From an uncultured Bacteroidia bacterium (GTDB lineage Bacteria > Bacteroidota > Bacteroidia > Bacteroidales > UBA932): DNA of 64,000 nucleotides. The notes under the pieces are model-generated. The model searched no databases. It saw only the letters and a list, made by a program, of their open reading frames with translations, and was not told the origin of the DNA. How positions within the stretch are numbered: position 1 is the stretch's first letter; each line of letters begins with the position of its first letter. Shown in pieces: positions 47,486 through 55,281 of the stretch. Both the position numbers and the translations under genes were made by a program. The DNA lies in assembly GCA_902778855.1 (NCBI GenBank), contig CACYZM010000001.1, positions 5,838 to 69,837 of the forward strand, in the 5' to 3' direction.

Positions 47486-48421
47486 CTACCGGGAAGGCTT
47501 GAGACGGAGATATTTCTCCAACTGACGACGGCTGGCTCCGGTGCGGAGGCCCAGGGGCTCCAGCAGCTCGCGGCGCTCGGCTTCCGACATACGGATAAGG
47601 TCGTCGGTGCTTTGAATCCGATGGGATTGCAGCAGGAACATCGTCATCTGGCTATAGATGAGGTCGGATCGGCCGACGAATTCTTCCCGAATCGCATATT
47701 CGCTTCCCGTTGTGGTGTTGATGGCCGTCACCAGATCGGCATAATTTCCGAAACGGTAGAACAAGTCCTGATAGTCAACGCAGTTGTAGATGCTGATGAT
47801 CAAATCATAAAGCTGCTTTCTCTCCTGCGGGGTCAATGGAGCGGTTATCCGTTTAAGTTTCGCATAGTTGAGCGGAAGTTCCTCCTTCCGGGAACTCTTG
47901 ACTTCTTCGACGGCCCGGCGCATCGGCGCCCGGGCCTTGTCGAGCCTGACCGGCGATGAAAAAGGGAAACGGCTGTCGGCATACGCCAGGATATTCCAGG
48001 GATACTGTTCTGCCCGCTTGCAGATGAGACGCTCGACGGGATTGTTGTAGAGATAGGCAATGGCGCTGCGCTGCTTTTTGTCGTCGACTTTCGACGCCAC
48101 GCCGTATTTCGCTGTAAAGAGGGGTCCGCGCAAGCCATACCATTTGTTGTAAGTGTTCGCAAACCAACTGGTATAGAGACTTACGAACTGATCCATTTCC
48201 TCTTTGCTCCTGACCTCGACCAGGACGTGAATATGGTCGACCATCAGGCAGATGCCGAGAATCCGGATGTTGTAACGCCGGGCGGCCGTGGCAATGAACG
48301 TAAAGAAGACCACGCAGTCCCGCACTGAGTAAAAAATCAGGAAACCATTTACGGTTTTTTGACAGATGTGCTGAATGGCACCGTCGGAAAAAAACAATCG
48401 TCCCTTCATACCTCGCTGCAT
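47486..48421 (-). CDS. HUH/Y1 single-strand DNA transposase family protein (IS200/RAYT-like) with C-terminal extension
   Basis: HUH motif LMVDHIHVLVEV and Tyr motif AIAYLYNNPVERL. The start is ATG 48421 or 48409, just downstream of a TATCTTTG box; the track ORF extends to 48517. Confidence 0.75.
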   Translation of the reverse strand: MQRGMKGRLFFSDGAIQHICQKTVNGFLIFYSVRDCVVFFTFIATAARRYNIRILGICLMVDHIHVLVEVRSKEEMDQFVSLYTSWFANTYNKWYGLRGPLFTAKYGVASKVDDKKQRSAIAYLYNNPVERLICKRAEQYPWNILAYADSRFPFSSPVRLDKARAPMRRAVEEVKSSRKEELPLNYAKLKRITAPLTPQERKQLYDLIISIYNCVDYQDLFYRFGNYADLVTAINTTTGSEYAIREEFVGRSDLIYSQMTMFLLQSHRIQSTDDLIRMSEAERRELLEPLGLRTGASRRQLEKYLRLKPSR

Positions 48422-48432
48422 TTGGTTACGTA

Positions 48433-48440
48433 CAAAGATA
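48433..48440 (-). promoter_or_regulatory. Bacteroidota -7 promoter box (TATCTTTG) for the Y1 transposase gene
   Basis: The minus strand reads TATCTTTG, 11 nt upstream of ATG 48421 and 23 nt upstream of ATG 48409. Confidence 0.45.
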
Positions 48441-48545
48441 CGATCGGGAACCGCCGTTTTCCAAATTCTTTTTGTATGCCGACGATATCCGCGCAACATT
48501 TTCCCGCGATTCTGCATCTATAGAACAGATTGCTCCCGTTGACCT

Positions 48546-49238
48546 ATGAAAAGAACCTGTTATCTTCAAGCTTTTCTCCTGCTGGCCATTTCCTTCGCGG
48601 CCGTATCCTGCGATTGGCTGGCTCCTACGCCCGATCCGGAACCGGAAATGAAAATCGACCTCGCTTCACCCCTGAATGTCAGTGCGGAAGGCGGAAAGGT
48701 TTCCGCACAAATCGAATCGAATTGTCCCTGGCAGGCTCAGGCCTTTCCTGGCAATGGCTTCTATTTCATCACGATGGTCACCACCAAGGGAGAATCGGGC
48801 ACGTCCACCCTTGATTTTGTGGTCAAACCGAACCTGCTGGCAATACAGAAGATCGGTTCGGTCCAGGTGACAGCCTCGAATGAGATAGGGCAGAGGACGT
48901 TCGAAATCGTGGTTACGCAATCCGGCGCCGAGCCTTTTGCGGAACTCCTCGACTGGCAGGATCCTCTTGTGCCCTCCGAAGGCGGAACGGTTTCCTTGAG
49001 AATCCTGAGCAACACGGCGGCTTACCTTAACTGCCGCGATCAGGGCATTAGGATAACGATTGAAGATGCCCCGGGCGGTTTCAGCGGCGAGCAGCCCGTA
49101 ACCAGCAAGGTAACCATCACTGTCCCCGCCAATCCGAAACCGGAAGCCCGTTCCTTTAATCTTGAGCTGGTTTGCTTTACCAAGCCCAAAATGGTCACTA
49201 TGGGCACCTTCGTCCTCCGTCAGGCCGCTGGAGCTTAA
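48546..49238 (+). CDS. BACON-domain lipoprotein
   Basis: Lipobox FAAVSC and two BACON-like repeats (LNVSAEGGKVSAQIESNCPWQAQ...; LVPSEGGTVSLRILSN...). The last codons (AAGA-stop) lie inside REP copy A. Confidence 0.7.
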   Translation: MKRTCYLQAFLLLAISFAAVSCDWLAPTPDPEPEMKIDLASPLNVSAEGGKVSAQIESNCPWQAQAFPGNGFYFITMVTTKGESGTSTLDFVVKPNLLAIQKIGSVQVTASNEIGQRTFEIVVTQSGAEPFAELLDWQDPLVPSEGGTVSLRILSNTAAYLNCRDQGIRITIEDAPGGFSGEQPVTSKVTITVPANPKPEARSFNLELVCFTKPKMVTMGTFVLRQAAGA

Positions 49239-49335
49239 GTCGCTGATCCATAGCCAATAATGCAAAATCGCTCTACCCTGATAGGGGAGGGCGATTCTAC
49301 GGAAAGTGCTGATAATCAATGCTTTAAACTCCAGC
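49227..49335. repeat. REP-like long-hairpin element, copy A (degenerate left arm)
   Basis: GCTGGAGCTTAAG...AATCGCTCTACCC-TGATA-GGGGAGGGCGATT...TTTAAACTCCAGC. It aligns along its length to copy B (53088-53196). Confidence 0.65.
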
Positions 49336-49366
49336 CGCCAATCAGGGCGGCCGGAGAGCAGCCGCC

Positions 49367-49443
49367 GGACGGGAGCGGACGGGAGCGGCCGAGCCGGGCG
49401 GGAGTGGCCGGGCCGGACGGGAGTGGCCGGGCCGGACGGGAGC
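49367..49443. repeat. GC-rich tandem repeat (2 x GGACGGGAGC, then 3 x ~19-bp GGCCGGGCCGGACGGGAGT)
   Basis: Direct tandem units read off the sequence, between REP copy A and the folP stop codon. Confidence 0.7.
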
Positions 49444-49452
49444 GAAAGCCTG

Positions 49453-50205
49453 TTAGAGATGCGTGCGGATGATGGCGGCGCCCATGGCGGCGGCGCGTTC
49501 TTCGTATTCGCGGACGACGGCGTCGCAGGTGGCAGGGGTCAGGAGGCGGGGGCGCCAGATGAAGCGCTTGCGGGAGACGCCGACCAGGATGGGGCGGCGG
49601 AACGATTTGAGTTCGTCGAGGCGGTCGAAGAGCGTCTGGTTGTCGCGGTCGCTCTTGGAAAAGCCGAAACCGGGATCGAGGACCCAGTCGGTCACGCCGG
49701 CGTCTTTGGCGCGGAGCGCGAAGTCGCGGAAGAATTGCTTGACGCTTTCCACCACGTCGTCGTAGACATAGTCGTTGTGCATCGTCTCGAAGGTGCCCTG
49801 ATGATGCATGGCCACATAGCGGAGGCCGAGCCGGCCGACGACCGGCAGCATGGCTTCGTCCCATTCACCCGCGGAGATGTCGTTGACCCAGAAGCGGCCG
49901 AACTCCTGATAGGCCATGATCACGATCGACGAGCGGAAGGTGTCGATCGAGACGGGGACGCCGGGGTAATGGAGCCGGAGCGTCTCGAGGGCGGGCTCGA
50001 GGCGCGACCATTCTTCATCGACTTCGACGTCGGTCGCCCCGGGCCGGGACGACACGGCGCCCAGGTCCAGAATGTCGGCGCCCTGGGCGAGGAGCGCGTC
50101 GACGCGGCGGCGGAAAGCCGCTTGCGTCGCGGCGCGGGAAGGCTCGTAGAAGGAGTCGGCGTTGAGATTGACGATTCCCATGATTTTCGTTGTTCCGCTT
50201 TCCAT
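49453..50205 (-). CDS. folP: dihydropteroate synthase (C-terminally short)
   Basis: IMGIVNLNADSF, DILDLGAVSSRPGA, VSIDT, VNDISAG, LDPGFGFSK and LVGVSRK motifs. The ORF stops at ...AAIIRTHL, right at the conserved RVHDV position. Confidence 0.8.
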   Translation of the reverse strand: MESGTTKIMGIVNLNADSFYEPSRAATQAAFRRRVDALLAQGADILDLGAVSSRPGATDVEVDEEWSRLEPALETLRLHYPGVPVSIDTFRSSIVIMAYQEFGRFWVNDISAGEWDEAMLPVVGRLGLRYVAMHHQGTFETMHNDYVYDDVVESVKQFFRDFALRAKDAGVTDWVLDPGFGFSKSDRDNQTLFDRLDELKSFRRPILVGVSRKRFIWRPRLLTPATCDAVVREYEERAAAMGAAIIRTHL

Positions 50206-50231
50206 ATTTTCTTAACTTTACAAGTCAGATA

Positions 50232-50239
50232 CAAAGATA
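50232..50239 (-). promoter_or_regulatory. Bacteroidota -7 promoter box (TATCTTTG) for folP
   Basis: The minus strand reads TATCTTTG, 27 nt upstream of the folP ATG. Confidence 0.45.
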
Positions 50240-50246
50240 ACATTTT

Positions 50247-50924
50247 ATGTTGATCGTACTTGAAGGTTTGGACGGCGCCGGCAAATCGACGCAACTCAAG
50301 ATGGTGACGTCGTATTTCGCTTCGCTCGGCCGCAAGGTGGATTACCTGCATTTCCCGCGCTACTCCGCGCCGCTCTATGGCGAACTCATCGCCAAGTTCC
50401 TGCGCGGCGATTTCGGCGCCATCGACCAGGTGCATCCGCAGCTCGTGGCCCTGCTCTTCGCAGAAGACCGCCGCGACGCGGCCGGCCTTCTCCGCAGCTG
50501 GACCGACCAGGGCCACGTCGTCGTCCTCGACCGCTACGTCTATTCCAACATCGCCTTCCAGTGCGCCAAACTCGCCGACCCGCAGGAAGCGGCCGAACTG
50601 CGCGACTGGATCCTCGACCTGGAATACGTCCGCTTCGGCATTCCGCGCCCGACGCTCAACCTCTTCCTCGACGTCCCCGTGGAATTCGTCGACGCCAAGC
50701 TCCGGCAGAACCGCCAGGGCGGCGACCGCCGCTACCTGGAAGGAAAATCTGACATCCACGAAGCCGACATCGCGTTCCAGATCCGGGTCCGCGACCTGTA
50801 CCGCGAGCAGTGCGGCCTGGACGCATCCTTCCTGCGCATCGACTGCGCCGACGCCGAGGGGCATATGCTCCCCGCCGCCGACATCTTCCTGCGCATCCGC
50901 CAGCAAATCGACCGCGGCCTATGA
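50247..50924 (+). CDS. tmk: dTMP (thymidylate) kinase
   Basis: MLIVLEGLDGAGKSTQ P-loop and DRY motif (VLDRYVYSN). Confidence 0.85.
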   Translation: MLIVLEGLDGAGKSTQLKMVTSYFASLGRKVDYLHFPRYSAPLYGELIAKFLRGDFGAIDQVHPQLVALLFAEDRRDAAGLLRSWTDQGHVVVLDRYVYSNIAFQCAKLADPQEAAELRDWILDLEYVRFGIPRPTLNLFLDVPVEFVDAKLRQNRQGGDRRYLEGKSDIHEADIAFQIRVRDLYREQCGLDASFLRIDCADAEGHMLPAADIFLRIRQQIDRGL

Positions 50925-52063
50925 GATTCCTCCGCGGCCTGTGCCGGGTGCTCTTCGCCCTGACCTTCATCCTTTCCGGCATTCTGAAGCTCCTCGATCC
51001 GGTCGGCACCGGCCTGATCGTCCACGAGTATCTGAGTTTCATGCACCTGGATTTCCTCGATTCCGGGGCCATCGTGCTGGGCATCGCCCTGGCCACGCTC
51101 GAGTTCCTCATCGGCATCTGCGTGCTCAGTGGCCTGCGGCTGCGCATCGTGGCGTGGGTCGCCCTCATCCTGACAGCCTTTTTCACGATCCTGACCTTCT
51201 ACCTGATGCGCTTCAACCCCATCAGCGACTGCGGCTGTTTCGGCGAAGCCATCCACCTGACCAATACCCAGACGTTCATCAAGAACGTGGTGCTGCTCGT
51301 GCTGGCCATCCTGATCTTCCTGGGGCGGAAGCGGGCCACGCGCGTCGCTCCCGCGCCGCTCGAGTGGGTGTTCATCGCCCTCTTCGCGCTGGTCGGCCTT
51401 TCGGTCGCCCTCCGGGCGCTGGCCACCATCCCGCAGGTCGATTTCACGGCCTACCGCGTGGGCAGCAGCCTCGACGAGCTGGCGCAGGAAAACCAAGCCC
51501 GCTTCGAGACAACCTTCATCTATACCAAAGACGGCCATACCGAAGAATTCACGCTCGACAACCTGCCCGACGACAGCTGGACCTACCTCGACAGCAAGAC
51601 GGTGCAGCTGGGCGGTTCCACCCGGATGGCGCAGGTCGATTTCACGCTCGACCCGATGGAAGGGCCCGTGCTGGCCATTTCGGTGCACCATCCCGATGCC
51701 CTGCGCGCCGAGATTGTCGAGCGGATCGAAGCGTTCCGCGCAGCCGCCCTGGCGGCGGGCATCCAGCCCGTCGTCTATGGCCCGACCGAAACCTATGAGA
51801 CGGCCGACTGGAAATCGCTGCTGACGCTCAACCGCAGCAACGGCGGCGCCGTGTATTTCAACGACGGCACGATCGTGGCCAAATGGGCCAATTCCGAACT
51901 CCCGAAGGTCGATCTGCCCGCCGTGCTGCAGGAAGATCCCGACGTCCTGATCCTGAAACACCGCATCCGCGAACAACTCTACGTGAGCATCCTCATCGCC
52001 GGCGTCCTGGTCCTGCTGGTCCTGATGCGCGTGCTCTGCAAACTCCTGATCAAAAAACGCTGA
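50921..52063 (+). CDS. MauE/DoxX-family membrane protein fused to an extracytoplasmic domain and a C-terminal TM anchor
   Basis: MRFLRGLCRVLFALTFILSGILKLLDP, four TM helices, and the SDCGCFGE motif typical of MauE. Its ATG forms an ATGA overlap with the tmk stop; the track start at 50810 lies inside tmk. Confidence 0.75.
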   Translation: MRFLRGLCRVLFALTFILSGILKLLDPVGTGLIVHEYLSFMHLDFLDSGAIVLGIALATLEFLIGICVLSGLRLRIVAWVALILTAFFTILTFYLMRFNPISDCGCFGEAIHLTNTQTFIKNVVLLVLAILIFLGRKRATRVAPAPLEWVFIALFALVGLSVALRALATIPQVDFTAYRVGSSLDELAQENQARFETTFIYTKDGHTEEFTLDNLPDDSWTYLDSKTVQLGGSTRMAQVDFTLDPMEGPVLAISVHHPDALRAEIVERIEAFRAAALAAGIQPVVYGPTETYETADWKSLLTLNRSNGGAVYFNDGTIVAKWANSELPKVDLPAVLQEDPDVLILKHRIREQLYVSILIAGVLVLLVLMRVLCKLLIKKR

Positions 52064-52064
52064 C

Positions 52065-53078
52065 ATGGACATTGCCGTCGTCATCCTCAACTGGAACGGG
52101 CTGAAGATGCTTCAGACCTATCTGCCCGACCTCGTGGCGCACACCACCTGCTGCGGAGCCTTCGTCGTCGTGGCCGACAACGGCTCCACCGACGGCTCCG
52201 TGGAATGGCTGGAGGCGGAATGGCCTGCCGTCAAGCTGATCCGTTTCGACAAGAACTACGGCTTCACCGGCGGCTACAACCGCGCCTTCCAGGAGATCGA
52301 CGCCGACTACTACGTGCTGATCAACTCCGACGTGCGCGTGTCGCAAGGCTGGCTCGAGCCTCTGATCGGCTTTATGGAAGAAAACCCCGACGTGGGCGTC
52401 TGCCAGCCGAAGGTCCTGTCCGTCGCCGCGCCCGACACTTTCGAGTATGCCGGCGCCGCGGGCGGCTTCATCGACCGCTTCGGCTACCCGTTCTGCCGCG
52501 GCCGCATCCTCTCGAATCTGGAGAAAGACCACGGCCAGTACGACGAGCCCGTGGAATGCTTCTGGGCCACCGGCGCCTGCCTGGTGGTCCGCAGCGCGCT
52601 CTACCACCATCTCGGCGGCCTCGACGAGCTGTTCTTCGCCCATATGGAGGAGATCGATTTCTGCTGGCGCGCCAAGCTCCTGGGCTACCAGGTCTGGTGT
52701 GTCCCCGCCTCCACGGTCTGGCACGTCGGCGGCGGCACGCTGCCCAACGATTCGCCCCGCAAGCTGTACTTCAACTACCGCAACAACCTGCTGATGCTCT
52801 ATAAGAACCTGCCCGAACGCATCCGACGCCGCCGGATCTTCGCCCGCATGTGTCTCGACGGAGCCTCGGCCGCCGCCTATCTCCTGTCGGGCCGCTGGTC
52901 CTTCTTCCAGGCCGTCTGGAAAGCCCACCGCGACTACCGCCGCCTCCGCCGCGAAGAAGACCCGTCCCCCTTCGAGGAAGAGCGCAACAACATCGGCCTC
53001 TACGACCGCAGCATCGTCCTGCAATTCTTCCTCTCCCGCCGCAAACTCCGCTGGAGCGACATCGAACGAGATCTCTAG
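52065..53078 (+). CDS. family 2 glycosyltransferase
   Basis: DIAVVILNWNG...VVADNGSTDGS...LINSDV... GT2 signature. It starts 1 nt after the upstream stop. Confidence 0.85.
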   Translation: MDIAVVILNWNGLKMLQTYLPDLVAHTTCCGAFVVVADNGSTDGSVEWLEAEWPAVKLIRFDKNYGFTGGYNRAFQEIDADYYVLINSDVRVSQGWLEPLIGFMEENPDVGVCQPKVLSVAAPDTFEYAGAAGGFIDRFGYPFCRGRILSNLEKDHGQYDEPVECFWATGACLVVRSALYHHLGGLDELFFAHMEEIDFCWRAKLLGYQVWCVPASTVWHVGGGTLPNDSPRKLYFNYRNNLLMLYKNLPERIRRRRIFARMCLDGASAAAYLLSGRWSFFQAVWKAHRDYRRLRREEDPSPFEEERNNIGLYDRSIVLQFFLSRRKLRWSDIERDL

Positions 53079-53087
53079 CAACATCGC

Positions 53088-53196
53088 GCTGGAGCTTAAG
53101 CTCCTGATACACAGCTGCTAACGCAAAGTCGCCCTCCCCAAACAAGGGAGGGCGACTTTGCGTAAGATGCTGCTGATCAGCGCGATAGCCTCCAGC
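53088..53196. repeat. REP-like long-hairpin element, copy B
   Basis: Perfect 17-bp central stem CGCAAAGTCGCCCTCCC / GGGAGGGCGACTTTGCG (53122-53162) and outer ends GCTGGAGCTTAAG / GATAGCCTCCAGC. Confidence 0.7.
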
Positions 53197-53219
53197 GGCC
53201 TCGAGCTTCCAGCGGCCGG

Positions 53220-55220
53220 CTACAGCGTGCGGTACTTCTTGCCGTAGTAGAGCTGCTGGGCGAGGAAGTCGTCGCCGTAGACGATCTGGTAGTCGATGGT
53301 CTTGCCGTCTTTGACGACGGGAACGATTTCGGGGTTGATGAAGCCGCGGTAGGGTTTGAGTTCGAGGCTGGCGTAGCGCTCGAGCACTTCCTTGTGGAGT
53401 TCGGGGTCGATGTCGACGGCGTACTTGAGGACCAGTTCCTTGCCGGCTTCGTAGTCGCCTTCCGACTTGATGCGCTGGACTTCGGCGAGGAGTTCGCCAA
53501 AGAGGCCGCGGAGTTTTTCGAAGTCGTTGACGACGAAATAGGTCTTGCCGTCGCGGACTTTCTTCTCGATGACGTTTTCGGCGCGGCCGTGCTCATAGCA
53601 CCAGTCGGCGATGAGCTTGCGGTTCTGCATATGGGCCTCGGTGTTCTTCTTGCCGAGTTCGACGCGGCTGAACTGGGTCATGATGCCGTTGCGGATGTAG
53701 CTCATATAGGCGGCCTTGTAGGCGTCGGGGCTGTCGAGCAGGCCGAGTTCCACGAGCTTCGGATCGGCGACGTAGTAGAGGCCGAACAGGTCGGCGCGAG
53801 CTTCTTCGAGCGTGGAGGTGAATTCCTTGAGGGCGTTGGCCGGGGTTTCGGGCAGCAGCTGGCCGGAGCCGTGGCCGAGGCATTCGTGGAGGTCGGTGTG
53901 GAGGTTGTCGGTGATGCTGCCGTATTTCTTGCAGAGGTCGATTTCGGCCTGGTCCCAGGCGAATTCCGACAGGACGCTCTTCGGCCGCTGTTCGGAGGCC
54001 ATTTCATAGGCGTCGGTGATGTTGGCGATGGTCACGCTCTTGGAACCGTACTCCTTGCGGATCCAGTCGGCGTTGGGCAGATTGATGCCGATGGCCGTGG
54101 CCGGATAGTTGTCGCCCGCGATGACCGCCACGTTGATGACCTTGGCCGATACGCCCTTGACTTCTTCCTTCTTGAAGCGGGGATCCACCGGCGAGTTGTC
54201 CTCGAACCACTGGGCGTTGCGGCTGATGATTTCCGTGCGGCGCGAAGCCTCGCGGTCGCGGAAGTTGACGATGCCCTCCCAGGAAGCCTTGCGGCCGAGC
54301 GGGTCGTCGTAGTCCTCGACGAAGCCGTTGACGAAGTCCACGTCACTTTCGGTGTCGGCCACCCAGGTGATGTTGTACTGGTCCCACATCCGCAGGTCGC
54401 CGGACCGGTAGTAGGCGATCAGTTCGTCGATGTATTTCTTCTGGGTGTCATTCTCAGCCACGGCCTTGGCCGCTTCGAGATGGCCGATGATCACTTCGAG
54501 AGCGGGGCCGTAGATGCCGCCGACCTTCCAGGTCTTCTCCACCACTTTCCCGTCTTCCTTGACGACCTTGCTGTTCAGGCCATAGCTGATGGGGTGCGGG
54601 TCGCTGGGGTTCTCCATCTTGGTGTAGAAGGCGTTGACCTCGTCGGCCGTCACGCCTTCGTAGAAGTTCACGGCCGAGGCCTCGACCAGGTCTTTCTCCG
54701 TGCCCTGGTACTGCAGGGTCGGATAGAGGTCGGGATCGTAGATCACCTGCAGCAGGAACTCGGCGCGGCCGGGTTCGGTGCCGACGGCGTCCATCAGGCT
54801 GGCGAAATAGGAACGCGAGCAGGCGGGCAGGATCTTGTCGTTGGCGTAGTGATGGTGGATGCCGTTGCTGAAGAACACGCGCTTGGCATAGACCAGGAAG
54901 TCGTTCCACTCGGCCGCGGAGCGGTCAATGGTCTGATTCTCGAGGATGGCCTCGAGGACGTGGCGGATTTCCAGGTTGTACTTGAAATTCTGGTCCCAGG
55001 TGATGTCGCGGCCGGCTTTGGCCGCTTCGCTGAGGTGATAGATATATTCTTTTTGCTGCAGGGAAAGGTCTTCCCAGCCCGGCACCTGGTAGCGGAGTAC
55101 CTCGATGTCGGCGAATTCGTCGATGGAATACTGGAAACCGGGATCGCCTGTCTTCGATCCGCAGGCTGTCAGGGCGAGGCCCAGTCCGGTGAGAAGGATC
55201 ATGGTTCTAAGATGTCTCAT
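53220..55220 (-). CDS. dipeptidyl-peptidase III (M49) lipoprotein
   Basis: HECLGHGSG zinc motif and second motif EEARADL. The ATG at 55220 gives MRHLRTMILLTGLGLALTAC. The track start at 55253 is TTG and overlaps the promoter box. Confidence 0.85.
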   Translation of the reverse strand: MRHLRTMILLTGLGLALTACGSKTGDPGFQYSIDEFADIEVLRYQVPGWEDLSLQQKEYIYHLSEAAKAGRDITWDQNFKYNLEIRHVLEAILENQTIDRSAAEWNDFLVYAKRVFFSNGIHHHYANDKILPACSRSYFASLMDAVGTEPGRAEFLLQVIYDPDLYPTLQYQGTEKDLVEASAVNFYEGVTADEVNAFYTKMENPSDPHPISYGLNSKVVKEDGKVVEKTWKVGGIYGPALEVIIGHLEAAKAVAENDTQKKYIDELIAYYRSGDLRMWDQYNITWVADTESDVDFVNGFVEDYDDPLGRKASWEGIVNFRDREASRRTEIISRNAQWFEDNSPVDPRFKKEEVKGVSAKVINVAVIAGDNYPATAIGINLPNADWIRKEYGSKSVTIANITDAYEMASEQRPKSVLSEFAWDQAEIDLCKKYGSITDNLHTDLHECLGHGSGQLLPETPANALKEFTSTLEEARADLFGLYYVADPKLVELGLLDSPDAYKAAYMSYIRNGIMTQFSRVELGKKNTEAHMQNRKLIADWCYEHGRAENVIEKKVRDGKTYFVVNDFEKLRGLFGELLAEVQRIKSEGDYEAGKELVLKYAVDIDPELHKEVLERYASLELKPYRGFINPEIVPVVKDGKTIDYQIVYGDDFLAQQLYYGKKYRTL

Positions 55221-55250
55221 AGGGTTTAGGATTGGCACGATATTTCTTGA

Positions 55251-55258
55251 CAAAGATA
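55251..55258 (-). promoter_or_regulatory. Bacteroidota -7 promoter box (TATCTTTG) for the DPP-III gene
   Basis: The minus strand reads TATCTTTG, 31 nt upstream of ATG 55220. Confidence 0.45.
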
Positions 55259-55281
55259 AATAATTTTCATATCATTGCCGC

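Noticed and set aside
49367-49443. CRISPR array
   Set aside because: The units are contiguous 10-19-bp tandem copies with no unique spacers, and no cas genes are present in the window.
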